64,000 bases of DNA from Fimicolochytrium jonesii (Eukaryota): assembly GCF_025526975.1 (NCBI RefSeq), contig NW_026515683.1, forward strand, positions 62,001 to 126,000. Reading direction: 5' to 3'. Position 1 is the stretch's first letter. Every line of letters starts with the position of its first letter. The notes beneath the pieces were generated by a model, which was not told the DNA's origin, did not search any database, and saw nothing but the letters and a program-made list of their open reading frames with translations. Position numbers and translations under genes: made by a program. Below are positions 1-13,626 of this stretch, one piece after another.

Positions 1-469
1 CCTAAAAGCCGATCCCGATCTCCCACCGACCAGGGCCGCTCGTCTCATCGGGGCGAATATGCGTCGATAGACAACCCAACTCAGTACCATCGTCGTCCCT
101 CAACCATCGTGTCTGCTTCGCTCTTCAAAGGCAAATGCTTTTGTTTGGCATTCCCGTCGTCGGCGCAAATGAGTGATCTCGTCGATACCATACGCGCATA
201 TGGCGGTCAAGTTGAGCTTAATGCTTCGACCGAGAAGGTGAGTCATTGTTTCAATCGCGGCGCTCTTCCTTTCGGCTAATTGATTGATGTCGGTGTTACG
301 CCAGACGACACATCTCCTCGTCAGCCACTCGACCGATATGACCTCGATAATACACAACCTTCAAAGCAGCGAGAACGCATTGATATCTGAACTCATAGAG
401 AATGCTTTGGTCAGGGGGCTTCCTGTTTTGATTGACTCGTATATCTGGCAGTGCATTTTCACGAAGCAG

Positions 470-3400
470 ATGCTTGAGCCGTCCGGCTTCGAAGTAGTAC
501 GGTATGTATCTCGCATTTCAAGTGTTCAGTTTCGCAGTGCAGAATGTGTGTCAATATTGTTGTCACTGCAGTTTGGATGAGAACGGGCAGTACGTGATTC
601 CGAAAGATAGACCTAACATCAGGCGGGCCGCGAGCGAACCGGCTGCGGCGGAAATGGAAGTTGATCGACCTTTGAAAAGGCGGACACGGCCCGACATCCG
701 TACCGCCGCCCGTCCGTCCATGAAGCGATTCAACACGTATCATCCGTCTTCCGTAGCTGCGAGCGCCAATCAGGATGATGGGGAGGATATCGTCTTGTCC
801 CGACGTCCGTCGGGAGTCCATGATACAACGAACACGGCGGAACCGGGTGCCAAGCCTGCACATGGGCAAAGCCCGTCAGCCAAAAGTGACGCGCCGATGA
901 CTTCTTCGCCTGTCCTGCAGCGGCCCTCTCTTCACGAGCAGTCTTCGTCTGGGACAGTCTACGTTTACGCTTCCCCACGTCCCAATAAGGTTCTTAAGTT
1001 TCCCACCGGATTATCCACGGTCGCTCCTGCCAAGAAAGTCAGTTCACTCTCTGGAAGTGATTCCAGCAGTAATGAGACTACCAACGTAGACCAGATGCCA
1101 CGACCCGCGCTGAAAAAGTCGCAAGTTCTGGAGATGGCAAAGGGGTTCGGTCTGGAACCAAAAGAGAGCTTTCGGGGAGAATCCTTATCGAGCGAGGAAG
1201 ATCAGGCGGCTCTGGAAGAAGCTGACGCAGCACCGCCTTCAACGCCAACCAAAGCTGATCGAGGTGTTCCCACCGCTAACCGACGGTCAAGCAAGATCGC
1301 TTCGAACAACTCTACGCAACGTGTCGCGCCACCCGTACCGCCACGGCCAAATCTGTCCCAACGTCCGAATCTCGATCGACGCAATACGCCACAGCTCTCG
1401 AGGCGAGACAGTGATACCTTCAGAGCTGAACACATGCTGGATGTGCCCTCATCGCCCGTGAACAGGGAAAGATCTCAGTGGCAAACGATGCTAGCATCCG
1501 TGCTGCAGGGGGAAGTCATTCGGTCAGAACAGCGCCGGATTAGCGGAACATTGACGCAAAAGCAACAATTAGATCAGCGATATCAGACCTGGTTAGGGAT
1601 CAGGGCATACCTTCGGGGACGATCAGTACCTGAAGAAAGGCAGAGGATTGATGAAAGACGAGTCGACGCTGAGGCTGTTCTCGACGAGGTGCTGAAGTTT
1701 GAGGTGCAGAAGGATTCTCCCAAGTCACCGTACGATCAGGTCGTCGACATCTTGACGAAGGTTGATAAGATCGAGTCGCTGTACCCGTCGCGGAACGCCC
1801 TGATCTTGGATAAGCCCCTGTATGCTGGCTCGCCGTTTCAACATAAGATGGAAGCTCTAAACTCCTGGTTGACCATCAGCAACTCGCTCCGATCTCAGCT
1901 GAAAGTTCTCAAGAATTGGGCGGGAAGTGAGGATCTGCTGATCTCCCGATCTCAGCATCCTCTTTCCCCTGATAAGCGTATCGAAACGACCTTCATCGAG
2001 CGGATTCTGAAAGACGGAATAAAGAAAACGTTCGAGATTCAGATCATGGCTTTCTTACGCGGTCTGCTAGCGAAATCGAAAGCTGGGATGATTGAAAACG
2101 CGCTCGTCTTCAAAAAGATGCAGCTGCCGACATACATCAACGAGCTACAACAACTGGCTTCTTTCCCTTCCAACTTGATGGAGGAAATTCTGAAAGTGCA
2201 GGTGGAGACGCATAGTCAGACAGCCACAAAGCACAGTGGAACTGTGCTGGACGATCTCATAGAGTCTTTCGGAGTCAGCTTGCAGTTGGCGGTTAGGATC
2301 AAGCACGAATGTGAGGACTTGGACACCCGTGCCGACGGTTGGAGTTTAGCCAACAGTTTGAGTCCGTCATACGATGTGATTCTGTTGAAATCCCTAAAAT
2401 GCTACTTCACACTCCTCAACTGGCGACTAAAGTCGACGACGGACACCTCATTCTTTAAGGAGGCGGAGATGTTGGAGAATGAGTGGAACTTCATGTCCAA
2501 TCTCTGCTTCTTCATTCAGGGCGGAGACGTGGAGACCGCCGTACAATTCTGTCAACTCGAGGCGGAACTCCTGAGGAAAGTCTTGAATTACCTGCAGAAG
2601 GGAATGGACGGGCTTGGGGACCCTTGCGTAGCGGATGGGAACTTTGCGATGGGCGGTAGTGGTCTTGTGAAGTGGTATGCGAGAATGTGGGACAACGTGA
2701 AAAGTCGCGCTGGCAAGTTGCTCCAATTCCAAAAGTGAGTGGATATCACGTGCGTCTGCTGAGGCTGGTCCGCGTTTACTAACGTCACTCCCAGGATGCT
2801 TGTCCGAGAATTCGAGAATGCTGCCGAATATACCTCGGACGTGCCATCGCCAGTCCTCCTGCGCAACTTCCTACATGCCGGATACTCGCTAGTGCGAACA
2901 GACGCATACGCCAATCAAGGCCTGTACATTCTGGCATCGCCCTCGTTGCACAATCGACCAGAATGCGTGTCCAGATTGCTCAGAGGATGCTTCGCCCGAT
3001 ATGAACCGTTCCCTTCGTCCATCGGCAAAGGGTACATCATAATATTGCCCGTTAGCGATCGTGTCAGAGGATCATCGGGGATGAATTGGCAGGGACGCTC
3101 GATGCACGTCCGCATTGGCAAGCAGATCCGACCGATATCCCTGAAGTCGGATCGGTTCCGATTAGTCGCCGACACGTTAGAGCATCTTGATGTTTGCAAG
3201 ACGCTGTTCGAAGAAAACATCAACTGCAAAGTGAAGGCCGTCAAATTGCGTCGTGCGCACGTTCAAAGCGTACACGATGCGTTGAAGAATACCAAGGGCG
3301 CACTGGTGACATTGACGGAAGGGATTATCAGCAGTGTCAAAACCGTCCGGGATGCCATCAACCGGGTGACCGCGGGCGGTGGAAGTCCGGCCATCAACGG

Positions 3401-6090
3401 ACCTCTGGCGACGGAACGCACTTCGACGTCGAGTCTCAATGTCAGCAACGACGCGAATGCAACGGCAGAGGGCGTTCATACGGCTGCGGACCTCATTGAA
3501 GACATGTTCACGTTTGCTTCTGGATTCGGGCTGAAAGCGCTAAAATACGTTGGCAATCGCAAGAAGTACGACTTCATGATGAAGAATTTGGTCAAACTCT
3601 CAGTGGATTGGGTCGACTTTTGTGCTGCGAACTGCTCGCTACCAGCTGCTAGCGTTCAGCACAAGACTTTCAAGTGGAACCTGCGGGCCTTGTATTTCGC
3701 TATGAATGCCACCAGCGGTACTACGATTTATCTCCTTGCAGATGACGAGTTTGAGGAATTGAAGCGTGGAGTTGGAAGATGTATGCGCGTCCTCATTAAG
3801 GGTTTCGAGCAAGGCGGGAGTATCAGCATTGCCGGCGTGACCGCCACAACCCCGGAGGAGGCCGTAAATGCCCTTGTCGCAAACGCCGCCCGTAGCGCAT
3901 CGAAACTATCCTCGCCCCACCCACCGGAAGCTGCACCAAAGTCTGCTGATTCCAGTAAGGGCTCAGACATGAACCTTGCAGGCGCTGCTGTTAATCGCTC
4001 CCCGATGGATCTCAACCGGGCAGAAGTCTCCGCTTTGAAGATCGAAAATGACGGGGATAGCGATCGGGAGTCCAATGCGGGAGGAGAGGGCTCTGACGGG
4101 GACAAGCCGAAAATCTCGATAACGAGTCCGAAATCAGAAGCAGTAACGGCATCTAAACCTCCCCCACAACGGAAGAAGACTGACGAAAACACCAACGGCG
4201 GCAAGGCGTCCCCGAAATCGCAGCTGCAAACTCCCAGCTCGACAACAAATCCACCGTCGACCGCATCGTCGGCTTCCTCCTCGCCGCTAAAAGGAGCGAT
4301 CCCAACTATCACGAAGACGCCTCCAATGAGCCACGACCTACCTTTGCCTGCTGTGCCCACCAAGATGCCGTCAGGGGGTCATCGTGGCGACACCTACATG
4401 CAGCGAAAACAAGGCGCATGGATGTCCGCCATCGAGAAACTCGAAGAGGACCGTGAAATGCGTCAATTGACAAACAGGATGATCGGCAAAGTCCTCGACA
4501 GCAGCAACATCGTCGACAGGAACCTGAGCTATTTAGCGTCGACTTCCAGTTCGATCTCGTTCAGATGGCAGCAGGGCAAATTCCTCGGCGGTGGTTCATT
4601 CGGTTCCGTTTACATGGCTATCAATCTCGAGACGGCGGATCTTATGGCCGTCAAGGAGATTCGGTTCACCGACGTTACGTCCCTCGAGACTGTGCAACGC
4701 GCCATCAAGGACGAGATGAATGTGTTACAGTTATTGCATCATCCCAACATCATTGAGTACTATGGCGTCGAGGTGCATCGCGACAAACTGTACATATTCA
4801 TGGAATACTGCCCGCAGTCGATTGCGCAGTTGATTGACCACGGAGGTCGGTTCAACGATGAACGAGCGACGAAAGTTTATGCGAAGCAGCTGTTAAGAGG
4901 TGTTGAATACCTGCACAACAAGGGGATAGTGCACAGGTGGGTTTTCGCTCGTTTGCATGCGGCCCTACGAACGCAACCAGACTCATCTTTTCGTTTGATT
5001 CCTCAGAGATATCAAACCTGCAAATACACTTCTCGGCCAAGAGGGTCAGATAAAGTACGTTGATTTTGGCGCTTCCAAAATCTACAAAACGCAAAAAACC
5101 GTCGTCGTGAACGGCGAAGCCAACACTCTGGTCGGCACTCCGCATTACATCGCTCCGGAAGTCATCACAGGCGAAAGCCTGGGACGACATGGGGCTCAGG
5201 ACATCTGGTCCATGGGATGTTGTGTGCTGGAAATGGTCACGGGACGCAAACCGTGGAGCGGGCTGGACAACGAGTGGGCTGTCATGTACCATATCGGAAT
5301 TGCGAACAAGATGCCCCCATTGCCCGAGCCTCACGAGCTGAGCGAGGAGGGGATTGATTTCTTGACAAAGTGCTTTACGAGGCCCGCGTCGCAGCGACCC
5401 TCGGCCAAGGAGCTTCTCGAGCACTCCTGGGTTAAGGACGTCGATGACACGGACCTAACGCTCGTCAATGCGATCATGGACGAGCACAAGGAAGCCGCCG
5501 AAAACGCACGAGCACGCACCGCCAGTGCCAACGGGGAGAGCGCCTGGACACACCGATCCGGCGGGCATCCAAGCACGCAGACACGATCCTCAGGCGGGGC
5601 ACCTTCAACCGGCGGCAACCGCACCAGCACAGGATTCAGCGGATTCGAAGCCTACGAAGCCTCCCAGCCCGTGTTCATCCCGGCTCGCAGCCCGCAGTCC
5701 GAGCACGGCCCGTCGTGGGCGGCGCGCAGCGGTCTGGACGAAAGCTCTCCTGGGTCATCTACGAGCGCCGGCAGCGGCGTCACCGACAGTTACTTCCCTA
5801 GCATGGCAGGTAACACCACGGCAAATACGTCCCCGAAGGCACAAAGCGTTACTGGATCCCCATCCTCCATCGACGACCCGCAAGGCGCGGGGCATGTCGG
5901 CCGAGTGTTTGGGAAAGAAGGGTTGAGGGACCAGAGCGGCATGGCTGGACATGGAGACAAACACGAGCACCCCTCCGCGGCGCACGGCGCGCCGGCGGCT
6001 CCGGATACCCATACTCATACCGAACCGTCGCGCAACCCTGACGTGGGCCCGATTGTGGTATCTGATACCCTGACTCCTCACCCAACGTAA
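470..6090 (+). CDS. SSK2: Ssk2/Wis4/MEKK4-type MAP kinase kinase kinase (HOG pathway); exons ~470-501, 572-2734, 2795-4936, 5007-6090
   Basis: Ssk2 N-terminal motif (ERSQWQTMLASVLQGEVIRSEQRRI) and a kinase domain: WQQGKFLGGGSFGSVY, MAVKEIRF, HPNIIEYYGVEVHRDKLYIFMEYC, spliced HRDIKPAN, DFG, GTPHYIAPE, DIWSMGC, LDNEWAVMYHIG. All three GT-AG introns restore frame. The start exon is less certain. Confidence 0.93.
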
Positions 6091-6550
6091 CGCTCGTTTG
6101 CTCTGATCTTGTCGCCAAGTATATAATTTTAGAGAAGCGTCTGCAAAGGGGATTCGCCTTTCCTTTACCTGGCTTGCGAACCGTCGTTGTCTGCCCTTTT
6201 TTCTTGTATATATTTTTTGTCCTCCCCACGTTTGCAGCATGTACCCATACTTCGTACATAAACAGATTGGTTTTGGTCCCTGTCCCGATGATGCCTTCAC
6301 AATGCCTCAATTCTGGTCTACGGCATAGCTTTACGAATCTTCATATTCATATGCCCTATCCGTTCTGCGTGTGTTTCACCTTTTGCATCGGATCAGACCA
6401 AGTGCAGAAACTACCCCGTCTCACGGGACAGCCCTCATCGTGCGAAAGAAAGTCAAGCTTCATTCAACCGTTAGAACCCCGTCCAAAAAATACGATAAAT
6501 ATATTCACATCATAATTGAGATAGATACAGTATGCGTGGTTTCGAATATC

Positions 6551-7871
6551 TTACAAGCTCCGCTGCAATTCATCGCGGTACTCCTTCCATAAAGGTTCTT
6601 CGGAGGTATCCGATTTCGCGTGTGCTTCCAGAGCGGGTAGGACTTGTGCGGTGAGCTTGGTGCGGAGGTCAGCGGTGATGACCTTGGGATGGGACTTTGC
6701 AAAGGCGGTCAGGAGTTGTAAACACTGCGACAATCGAGGGAGAGGGGTTGTTAGCATGAAGAACCTCGGGCCGACAAGGAAAGGGATCGAGTTAGACAAA
6801 CGTACCTTCTCAACAAGGTCCATATCGCTAATATCCGCTAGGATAAGGTCGGCAGCCATATCGGGTACGCCGTTGTCCTTGGCGGCCTGGGCGGCGCGGG
6901 TCGCTTCAGCGGGGTTCTCATCTTCGACCAGCGAGCGGATGAAGAACATGGCGCGCTTCAGTAACCGCGTATCACCGTCCAGACCGACGGTCACAATGGA
7001 GGCGATGCCGTTCTTCTCCATGAAGGTTTCGAGGGCTTGGGGATTGTTGCGGACGGCGCCTAGGAGGGAGAGAGTCCGGAGGGTAAGTCTACACGACCCG
7101 GTATTGATCGCTGCAGGCCACGACGATTGAAGGTCATACTCACTTGTCACGCAGTAGAATGCCTTGTCGCGCACAGACGAGTCTGGGAACGACGATACCA
7201 ACAGCAACATGTGCTCCAAACCACCAGCGGCAAGGAACTACATGGAAAAAGGAGTCAGTCATGTACGCGATAAGAGAGAAAGTGTGGGTCACATTGAACT
7301 TACATCATCCTGGGCCTTCTTGTTGTTCTGTACAGCCGTGCCCATTACCCAGGCTGCGTACATCCTCAACTTAGCCTCGTCGCTTGTAGTGGCAATGTCA
7401 ATGAGTGGTTGCCAGAGCTTCAATGGTCTCAGATCTGATTTCGGTGCAAGAACATCGCCAGTGATTAGTTTCGATTTCAACCCGATCCCGCGCCCCCGAA
7501 AACGACATACCCCATCCCAAGTTCCCTGCTCACCGTTAGCGTTATCTAAAGATTCCACCAACATCTCCAGTTCATCAAAAGCCCCCTCCTTCTCGTCCAA
7601 ACTTTTGTCGGTGGCTTGTATAATCTCCATGCAATCCTTCATGCGAGCGGCGTCCTCCTTTCCCATGATCACTTCCAACCATTTCGGGTCCTAAGAGCGG
7701 AGTAAAGGTGAGTGGTTGTTCTTTGGGCATGGAAGTACTGAGTGGAAGAAGCTTCGTTCTCTCACGTACTATCGGCTCTCTAGGAGCTGCGGGCGGCTCG
7801 GAACCTGGTGTCATGTGGGCCGTTCCCCATTGCAAGAGTTCCGACGAGCTAATGGTTCCTCGTCCAGACAT
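6551..7871 (-). CDS. FES1: Hsp70 nucleotide exchange factor Fes1/HspBP1 (ARM repeats), multi-exon
   Basis: [80 protein letters not shown]. Introns include 7769-7691, 7533-7435 and 6805-6725. Confidence 0.88.
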
Positions 7872-8330
7872 GACTCGTACTTGGTTCTTGAGTTTTCGTG
7901 CAGTTTGTTGGTTGTAGCCCCGAAACTCCTCGAGTGTGAAAGCAGTCTTAGAAAAACGGTTTTATTGGAGATCGGTAGCTCTATTCCAGGAGGACGGAAG
8001 TGGAAGTTCCTGACGACCAGACTTCTTGGTTTGAGGAGGCTTGCTTTTGTAGGGGTTTTTTTGGGAGTCAATGTCGGGGGGTAAGAAGACCAGAGATCAC
8101 TACGGAGTTGCAGCGAAAGCCGGAGAAGGAATGGAATGGATTAATACCCGTTCGAACAAACCCCGTTTTCGGACGCGCTCTCCGGTCTCGCTGGAGTCTC
8201 TCGCGAAAAAAGCCTTCGTTGCATCTCGGAAGTTCGCTGGCAAAGAAGGTCCCAACTTGTTGACATTTTCCTACCCCCAGTCCCTCACCAAACCGTCGCA
8301 GATCTCCCACAACCAACAGCAACATTCACC

Positions 8331-9365
8331 ATGCTCTTCCGCGCCATCACCCGCACGGTCTCCGCCGCCGCCCTCACCCGCCCCCTCCTCGCCCGCTCAG
8401 TCGCAGCAGCCGCCCTTGTCCGCCCCGCCGTCGTCTCGGCCTCCCTGCGCCCATTCTCCTCCACGCCTTCCGCCTTCGCGGCAACCAGCCCTGAAGCCCA
8501 GTCCCTCAGCAAAATTCTGAACAGGGAGCTCGAGCACGAGAAGACGGAGAACCCTGAGGACGCAGCCGCCCCGGAGTTCTTGCAGGAGTTTAAGCAGAAC
8601 AACAAGGAATGGGCTGTCAAGGATGTTGCCGGCAGCAAGGAGATCAAGCTTGTGCGGACTTTCAACGATGAGAAGTAAGTAGGGGACTCTGCTGCTCGGG
8701 GACGGGACGGAAAGATCGGGTCTTGCGTTTGTGCGCCTGGGTAATCATGTCGTTGTGGCAGACACATGACACGACCGGTCAAGATCATGCAATCGACGGA
8801 CGACTGACTTTCGATCTCTCTCCATCGCATCATTAGAATCACAATTCTTTTCAACACAGATGCGCTCGTAGAGGCTGACGAGCTGGACCTACCCGAAGAA
8901 GGAGCAGAAGAGGACGCGGACCGCAGTCTGCCCGTCACTGTCTCTATCATCATCGAGAAGGTAAATCAAACTCTCAGTCAGCATCTCCAACCTCCTACCT
9001 CTGTCAAACACAACCTAACCTACCTATATCAACCCCACTAGCCCTCCAACCCCTCCGCCGGCGCCCTCGATATTACCGCCTCCATCACCGACGGCGCCTT
9101 CTTCATCGAAGAAGCCTCCTTCCTCCCCTCCACCCAGCTCGCCCACGACGAGACCGCACAAGGCGACTGGCTCCGTCGCAGCAACTACGCCGGCCCCATC
9201 TTTGGCGATCTCGACGAAGGCGTGCAGGACCAGTTCCACGCGTACCTCGAGGAGCGTGGGATCAAGGACCAGCTGGCCACGTTCATTCCGGAGTATGTGC
9301 AGTACAAGGAGCAGCGGGAGTACCAGGCTTGGTTGGAGAATGTGTCCAAGTTCTTGAAGGAGTAG
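8331..9365 (+). CDS. MAM33: Mitochondrial acidic matrix glycoprotein Mam33/C1QBP (p32); introns ~8675-8837 and ~8961-9041
   Basis: Arg/Ala-rich mitochondrial presequence, EIKLVRTFNDEKITILF, YAGPIFGDLDEGVQDQFHAYLEERGI, YVQYKEQREYQAWLENVSKFL*. Confidence 0.93.
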
Positions 9366-10072
9366 ACGGACAATCTTGCTCTTCGTGCGGACCGCTTTCC
9401 TTGTTGAGTACCGAGCGCTGGGGATCATGGCCAGTAATCGTAACCACTGCTGGATGACCGCTCTGCACTGCAACCCACAGCCAGGCGGGAGAATCCTCAT
9501 CAATTCCAGCCTTCGCACATCCCTACACCGCTACCGCCCTCAATTAAGGCTGTCATTGGTCGGACAGCTCCCTCCCGTACCTTCCATCAAACTGCCACAT
9601 AGATGTATTCTAGCCTAGTAGGGTAGCAACAACCTCTCCCCCACTCCGGTGGGCCTCTTTTTTATTTGTATTTTCTTGCACTCGTGTTCAATATTCATTA
9701 TCATGTACATTAGATGAAATTTTCTCTGGAATGAACGGCTGGCTAGTGAACCTTACAGAGGCCTTGGATGGACAGTCACACTGCAGAATTTGGTCCTCGC
9801 AAACCTGAACTTTTTCTCATTTTGTTATATCCAAAATATCAAGCTGTCGGGGTAGGACGCAAAACTCTGATTTGTTTTGCAGCCCCCAACGCATGCTAAG
9901 ACGACGGCAAAAAGAAAAGACACATACGATGTGCGCTGGCATAATGACTCCCTAACACCTTTTCCCGATTCTGTTTTTGCGCCCCCCGACTCATATCCGC
10001 CGCCACAAGACAGGAACTTCCCCAATCGCAATATTCTCTCCCCAGCTCCCCGTATCCCCATGCAATACGCAT

Positions 10073-10996
10073 TTACAAAGAGTCCTCATAATCGTCCATG
10101 TCATCATCATCCATATCTCCCCTGCCGCGCTGCTGCTGCTGCTGTTGGCGGAGATTGTGGTGAGGATGGAGGTTCCAAGATTCCGATTCGGGTTCCGCGG
10201 AATCGGCGGCGCCGGCGATGTGGGGGAAGGAGAGCCACTGTGGGGTGGACGAGAGGGAGGGGAGGTCGACTTGGGTGAGGTTTATTACTTCTACTTCGTC
10301 GGGTTGTGGTGGCTGGAGGTGGAAGGAGGAGGATAAGAGAGTCAGAACGAGGCTGCGAATACAACAAGCAATTAACGCATCTGACAAACGAACCTTGTCA
10401 TTTACACCAAGATCGATATGTCCAAAAGCGGCCTCCAAATTCTTCATCAGGCCGGTCTCCTGATCGATCGCCATGGAGTTCAACGCGTCCGCCAGACCAT
10501 CGACATCCTTCAACCCCTTCCTTTTCGACTCTCGTAGTACCAGGCTCCCGCACACGCAAGCCGCTTCCCTCGTACTCCTCTGCGGATGCCACGCGGTCGT
10601 CCGTTCATGCTTCGGGTCGATAATCACGAACCCGCCCTGACCGTCAGGCAGGTCGAATATCAAGAACCCGGCGAGCTCGGCGAGGATGTTGAGGAACGTG
10701 CTTTCTGGGCTGCCTTGGGTGCAGGCCATTTTGCGCGCGGTGATGTCGTCCGGGTTGACAGCGTCACGGCCACCGGCGTTGCGGAGCGCTTCGACGGCCA
10801 TGCGGTATTCTTCAGGGTGGGTGGTGTGATTGGGGCGGTTCCTGGCGGGAGAGGAGACCAAGCCGCCGGGGCCGTAGCTGATGCCGAGACGGCTGGCGAG
10901 CGAGCGGGCTTGTTCGCGTTTGTTTTCGTCTAGCTTCCAGGTACGGGAACGCTCATTCTCAGGGCCGAAGGGGAGGGTGAGGTCCATGGGCTCCAT
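10073..10996 (-). CDS. Hypothetical protein (~280 aa after a probable 81-nt intron at 10393-10313)
   Basis: Long ATG-started ORF with protein-like composition, a GT..CAG in-frame intron with pyrimidine tract, and a polyQ plus acidic tail. No family recognised. Confidence 0.6.
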   Translation of the reverse strand: MEPMDLTLPFGPENERSRTWKLDENKREQARSLASRLGISYGPGGLVSSPARNRPNHTTHPEEYRMAVEALRNAGGRDAVNPDDITARKMACTQGSPESTFLNILAELAGFLIFDLPDGQGGFVIIDPKHERTTAWHPQRSTREAACVCGSLVLRESKRKGLKDVDGLADALNSMAIDQETGLMKNLEAAFGHIDLGVNDKVRLSDALIACCIRSLVLTLLSSSFHLQPPQPDEVEVINLTQVDLPSLSSTPQWLSFPHIAGAADSAEPESESWNLHPHHNLRQQQQQQRGRGDMDDDDMDDYEDSL

Positions 10997-11895
10997 TGTG
11001 AGGGAGACGGCGCTAGGTGTTCCGCGAGTGTGGGTATATGGTCGTTCTTATAGGCTTTCCGAGACGCGAAAATTACGGGCGTGCTGTCGTGTTGAAGTCC
11101 GGGGTTCGTTCTGTCCTTTCCCGTTGCGGGATGGCCAAAGGGAAAGGGGTCTGGTGGTGGGGATAACAGACTCTGCAACTGTCAAGATTGGTGGAGGTGC
11201 AGGGTATTCTGCGGAACGGATAAGAATTGCGGCTTGTGCGGGTGGGGTTCAACGCGCAACAAGGCCGAGGCAAACTCTCCAAACAACGTGCGCACGAGAC
11301 GCGAGGACCGGTCGCAACTGAATATTGGGCAGGTAAACAAGACTAGTCCTGGGAGAGCGCTTTGGTTACTACACCAGGAACACTGGAACTGAGTGATAAG
11401 GACGAGCCAGGAAACAGTGAGAAAGGAAGGCGTTGAAGCCAGAGGGACCATAGAGCCATTCCTTTTGGGGCAAGCGCGCTGTCCAAAAAGACTTGGGGGC
11501 CTCTGGGGGCCTGCCTGCCTTCGGCGGTAATCTTCCAAGGCCGGCCCCAAGTACACATACAGCGAGGACATACCTTATGATAGGGAACAAAACGTTGTGC
11601 AGTGAGAAGCGAGACTGCGTTGTTAGAGCTGAATGTCGCAGCAAGAAGGACTGAAACGGGCGCAATGCGCAGAGGGAACGCAGCTGCGGGATCAGCCTTC
11701 GTGATCGGCCGGCTGGTTATGTCACGGGAAAGGAACTGCAGAACACGCCCAGCACAGACTTCTTCGCGAGTGCGGCGTGTGGCGCAGGCTCGCTTCTCCG
11801 CTTCCTTCCCCTCGATCCTCAATACTCCTCTTCTGTGCTCCTTCGCCTCAACCCAAAAACTTGCGGTACCAGCACCACTGAGTAATAGAGCGATA

Positions 11896-13369
11896 ATGGG
11901 TCTCGCAGGCCCCAGGAATAAGCAACGTATCGGGCTGGACCCGCAGAACAAGGGCTGGAAAGATGGTATGCTACCCGGCAGAAGTACTTCGCTTTTCGCA
12001 CCATGTGGAAAGCAAAATGTGTTTCGTCAAAAGCTAACTCGCAATCCTACTCCTAGACAAAAACAAATTCGGTCACAAAATGATGGAGAAGATGGGGTGG
12101 ACGGAAGGCAAAGGTCTCGGTGCCAACGAAGACGGTCATACCGACCACGTCAAAGTGCGTTTGAAGGAAAACAACCTCGGTATCGGCGCCGACAGACGGA
12201 CAGTGGACAATTGGCTTGACAATAACAGTGCTTTCGACGCTCTGCTCAAAGGGCTAAACGACGGTGCTGAGGAAACAACCGAGGTTGCAGAAGTGAGGAA
12301 GGTGGAGGAGACGGAAGTGGAGGAACAACCCAGGACGACGGTGGCCCACGGACGGCTCTATCACCGCAAGAAGTTCCTCCGCAATAAACTCGTCAGCAAC
12401 TACGACGCAAAAGATCTCAGCATGATTCTCGGCGTCAAACCCACCGAAACCGCGTCTCCATCCACCGCCGTCAGCGAGACAACCACCACTTCTGTCACCG
12501 CCGCAAACTCGGGTTACAACACCCCACTTCAGGCGGACCCATTACTCTCCGTTGCCGGTAAAACCGTCCACGACTACTTTGCGCAGAAGATGGCTGCGAT
12601 GGGCCTGTCAAATCTTACAGCAGGCACTGCTGCACAACCGGTTAGCAGGGTGGAGGAAGATCTGGACGATTATGACGCTCCACCGGTTTTGGGAGGGTTG
12701 GGGCTTGGCGCATCCGAAAACACCACAATGACTACCACTACATTGTTGACGTCGTCGCAGGGGCTCAGTGCCTTTGTGAAGAAAGTGGATGTGAGTTTCA
12801 CCGAAACGCTGCTAAAGAGTAGTACAGAGGGAGGGGAAAGCGAAAAGAGGGCCGAGAAAAAGGCGAAGAAGGAAAGGAAAGAGAAGAAGCGGAAAGACAG
12901 AGACGAAACTTCCTCTCCTGAGGTGGAGGAGGCTGAACCATCACCAAGGAAGAAAAAGGCGAATAAGCAAAAGAAGGACAAGTCTGGCAAAAAGTCCTCC
13001 GCGACTACGGAGGAGGAACGCGCATCACCATCACCATCCTTAGCAGACACTTCCAGCGTAGTATCCGAGTCGAAAAAGGACAAGAAGAAGCGGGAGAAGA
13101 AGGAGAAGAAGGAGAGAAAGGAGAAGAGGGTGGAAGCCTCGGTTGAGGGCGAGGTTGAGGTCGCAATACATGCACCAGCAAAGAAGTCGAAAAAGGACAA
13201 GAAGGAAAAGAAGAAATCATCCTGCTCCACCGACCCCTCAACGACAACAGAATCAACGGCGGAACCAGCACCGAAACAGAAGACGAAGAAGCGGAAAGCG
13301 GAAGCCGAGGTGGTTGACGCGAGTGGTGGGGAGCAAGTAGCAAAGCAGAAGAAGAAGAACAAGAAGTAG
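11896..13369 (+). CDS. PXR1: G-patch protein Pxr1/Gno1/PINX1 (Prp43 cofactor, ribosome biogenesis); intron 11966-12056
   Basis: MGLAGPRNKQRIGLDPQNKGWKDDKNKFGHKMMEKMGWTEGKGLG...HVKVRLKENNLGIGA, followed by a KKE/D-rich nucleolar tail. Confidence 0.93.
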
Positions 13370-13626
13370 ATGTCCGTGAAGTTCCGTTGTCTAGAGTTCA
13401 TCTCTGTAGTAGACCATAGACGTTTGCGGGCGTAGGGATTTCGGCTTCGTTTTTGAATCACCTCTCATGCCCCTTTTTAACTTATTGTACATAGACCGCT
13501 TCTTGCAATCCCTTGCATTCTCCTATCACAACCTCGTTTCCGGACGGAACACTTTAACCTACGTGCATCAGAACTATATCACACTTCTCCCTAAACTATA
13601 AAACAAAATCTGCGTACGGCACGCAT

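Noticed and set aside
7872..8330. Heat-shock element upstream of FES1, and RFX X-boxes upstream of DRC5/DNALI1
   Set aside because: I found no clean nGAAnnTTCn triplet and no GTTGCCATGGCAAC-like palindrome.
12670..13461. Long antisense ORFs (also 44678-45526, 49162-50172, 38261-39079, 3728-4363)
   Set aside because: They are shadows of low-complexity or GC-rich sense genes, with Phe/Ser/Leu-rich translations that do not look like proteins.
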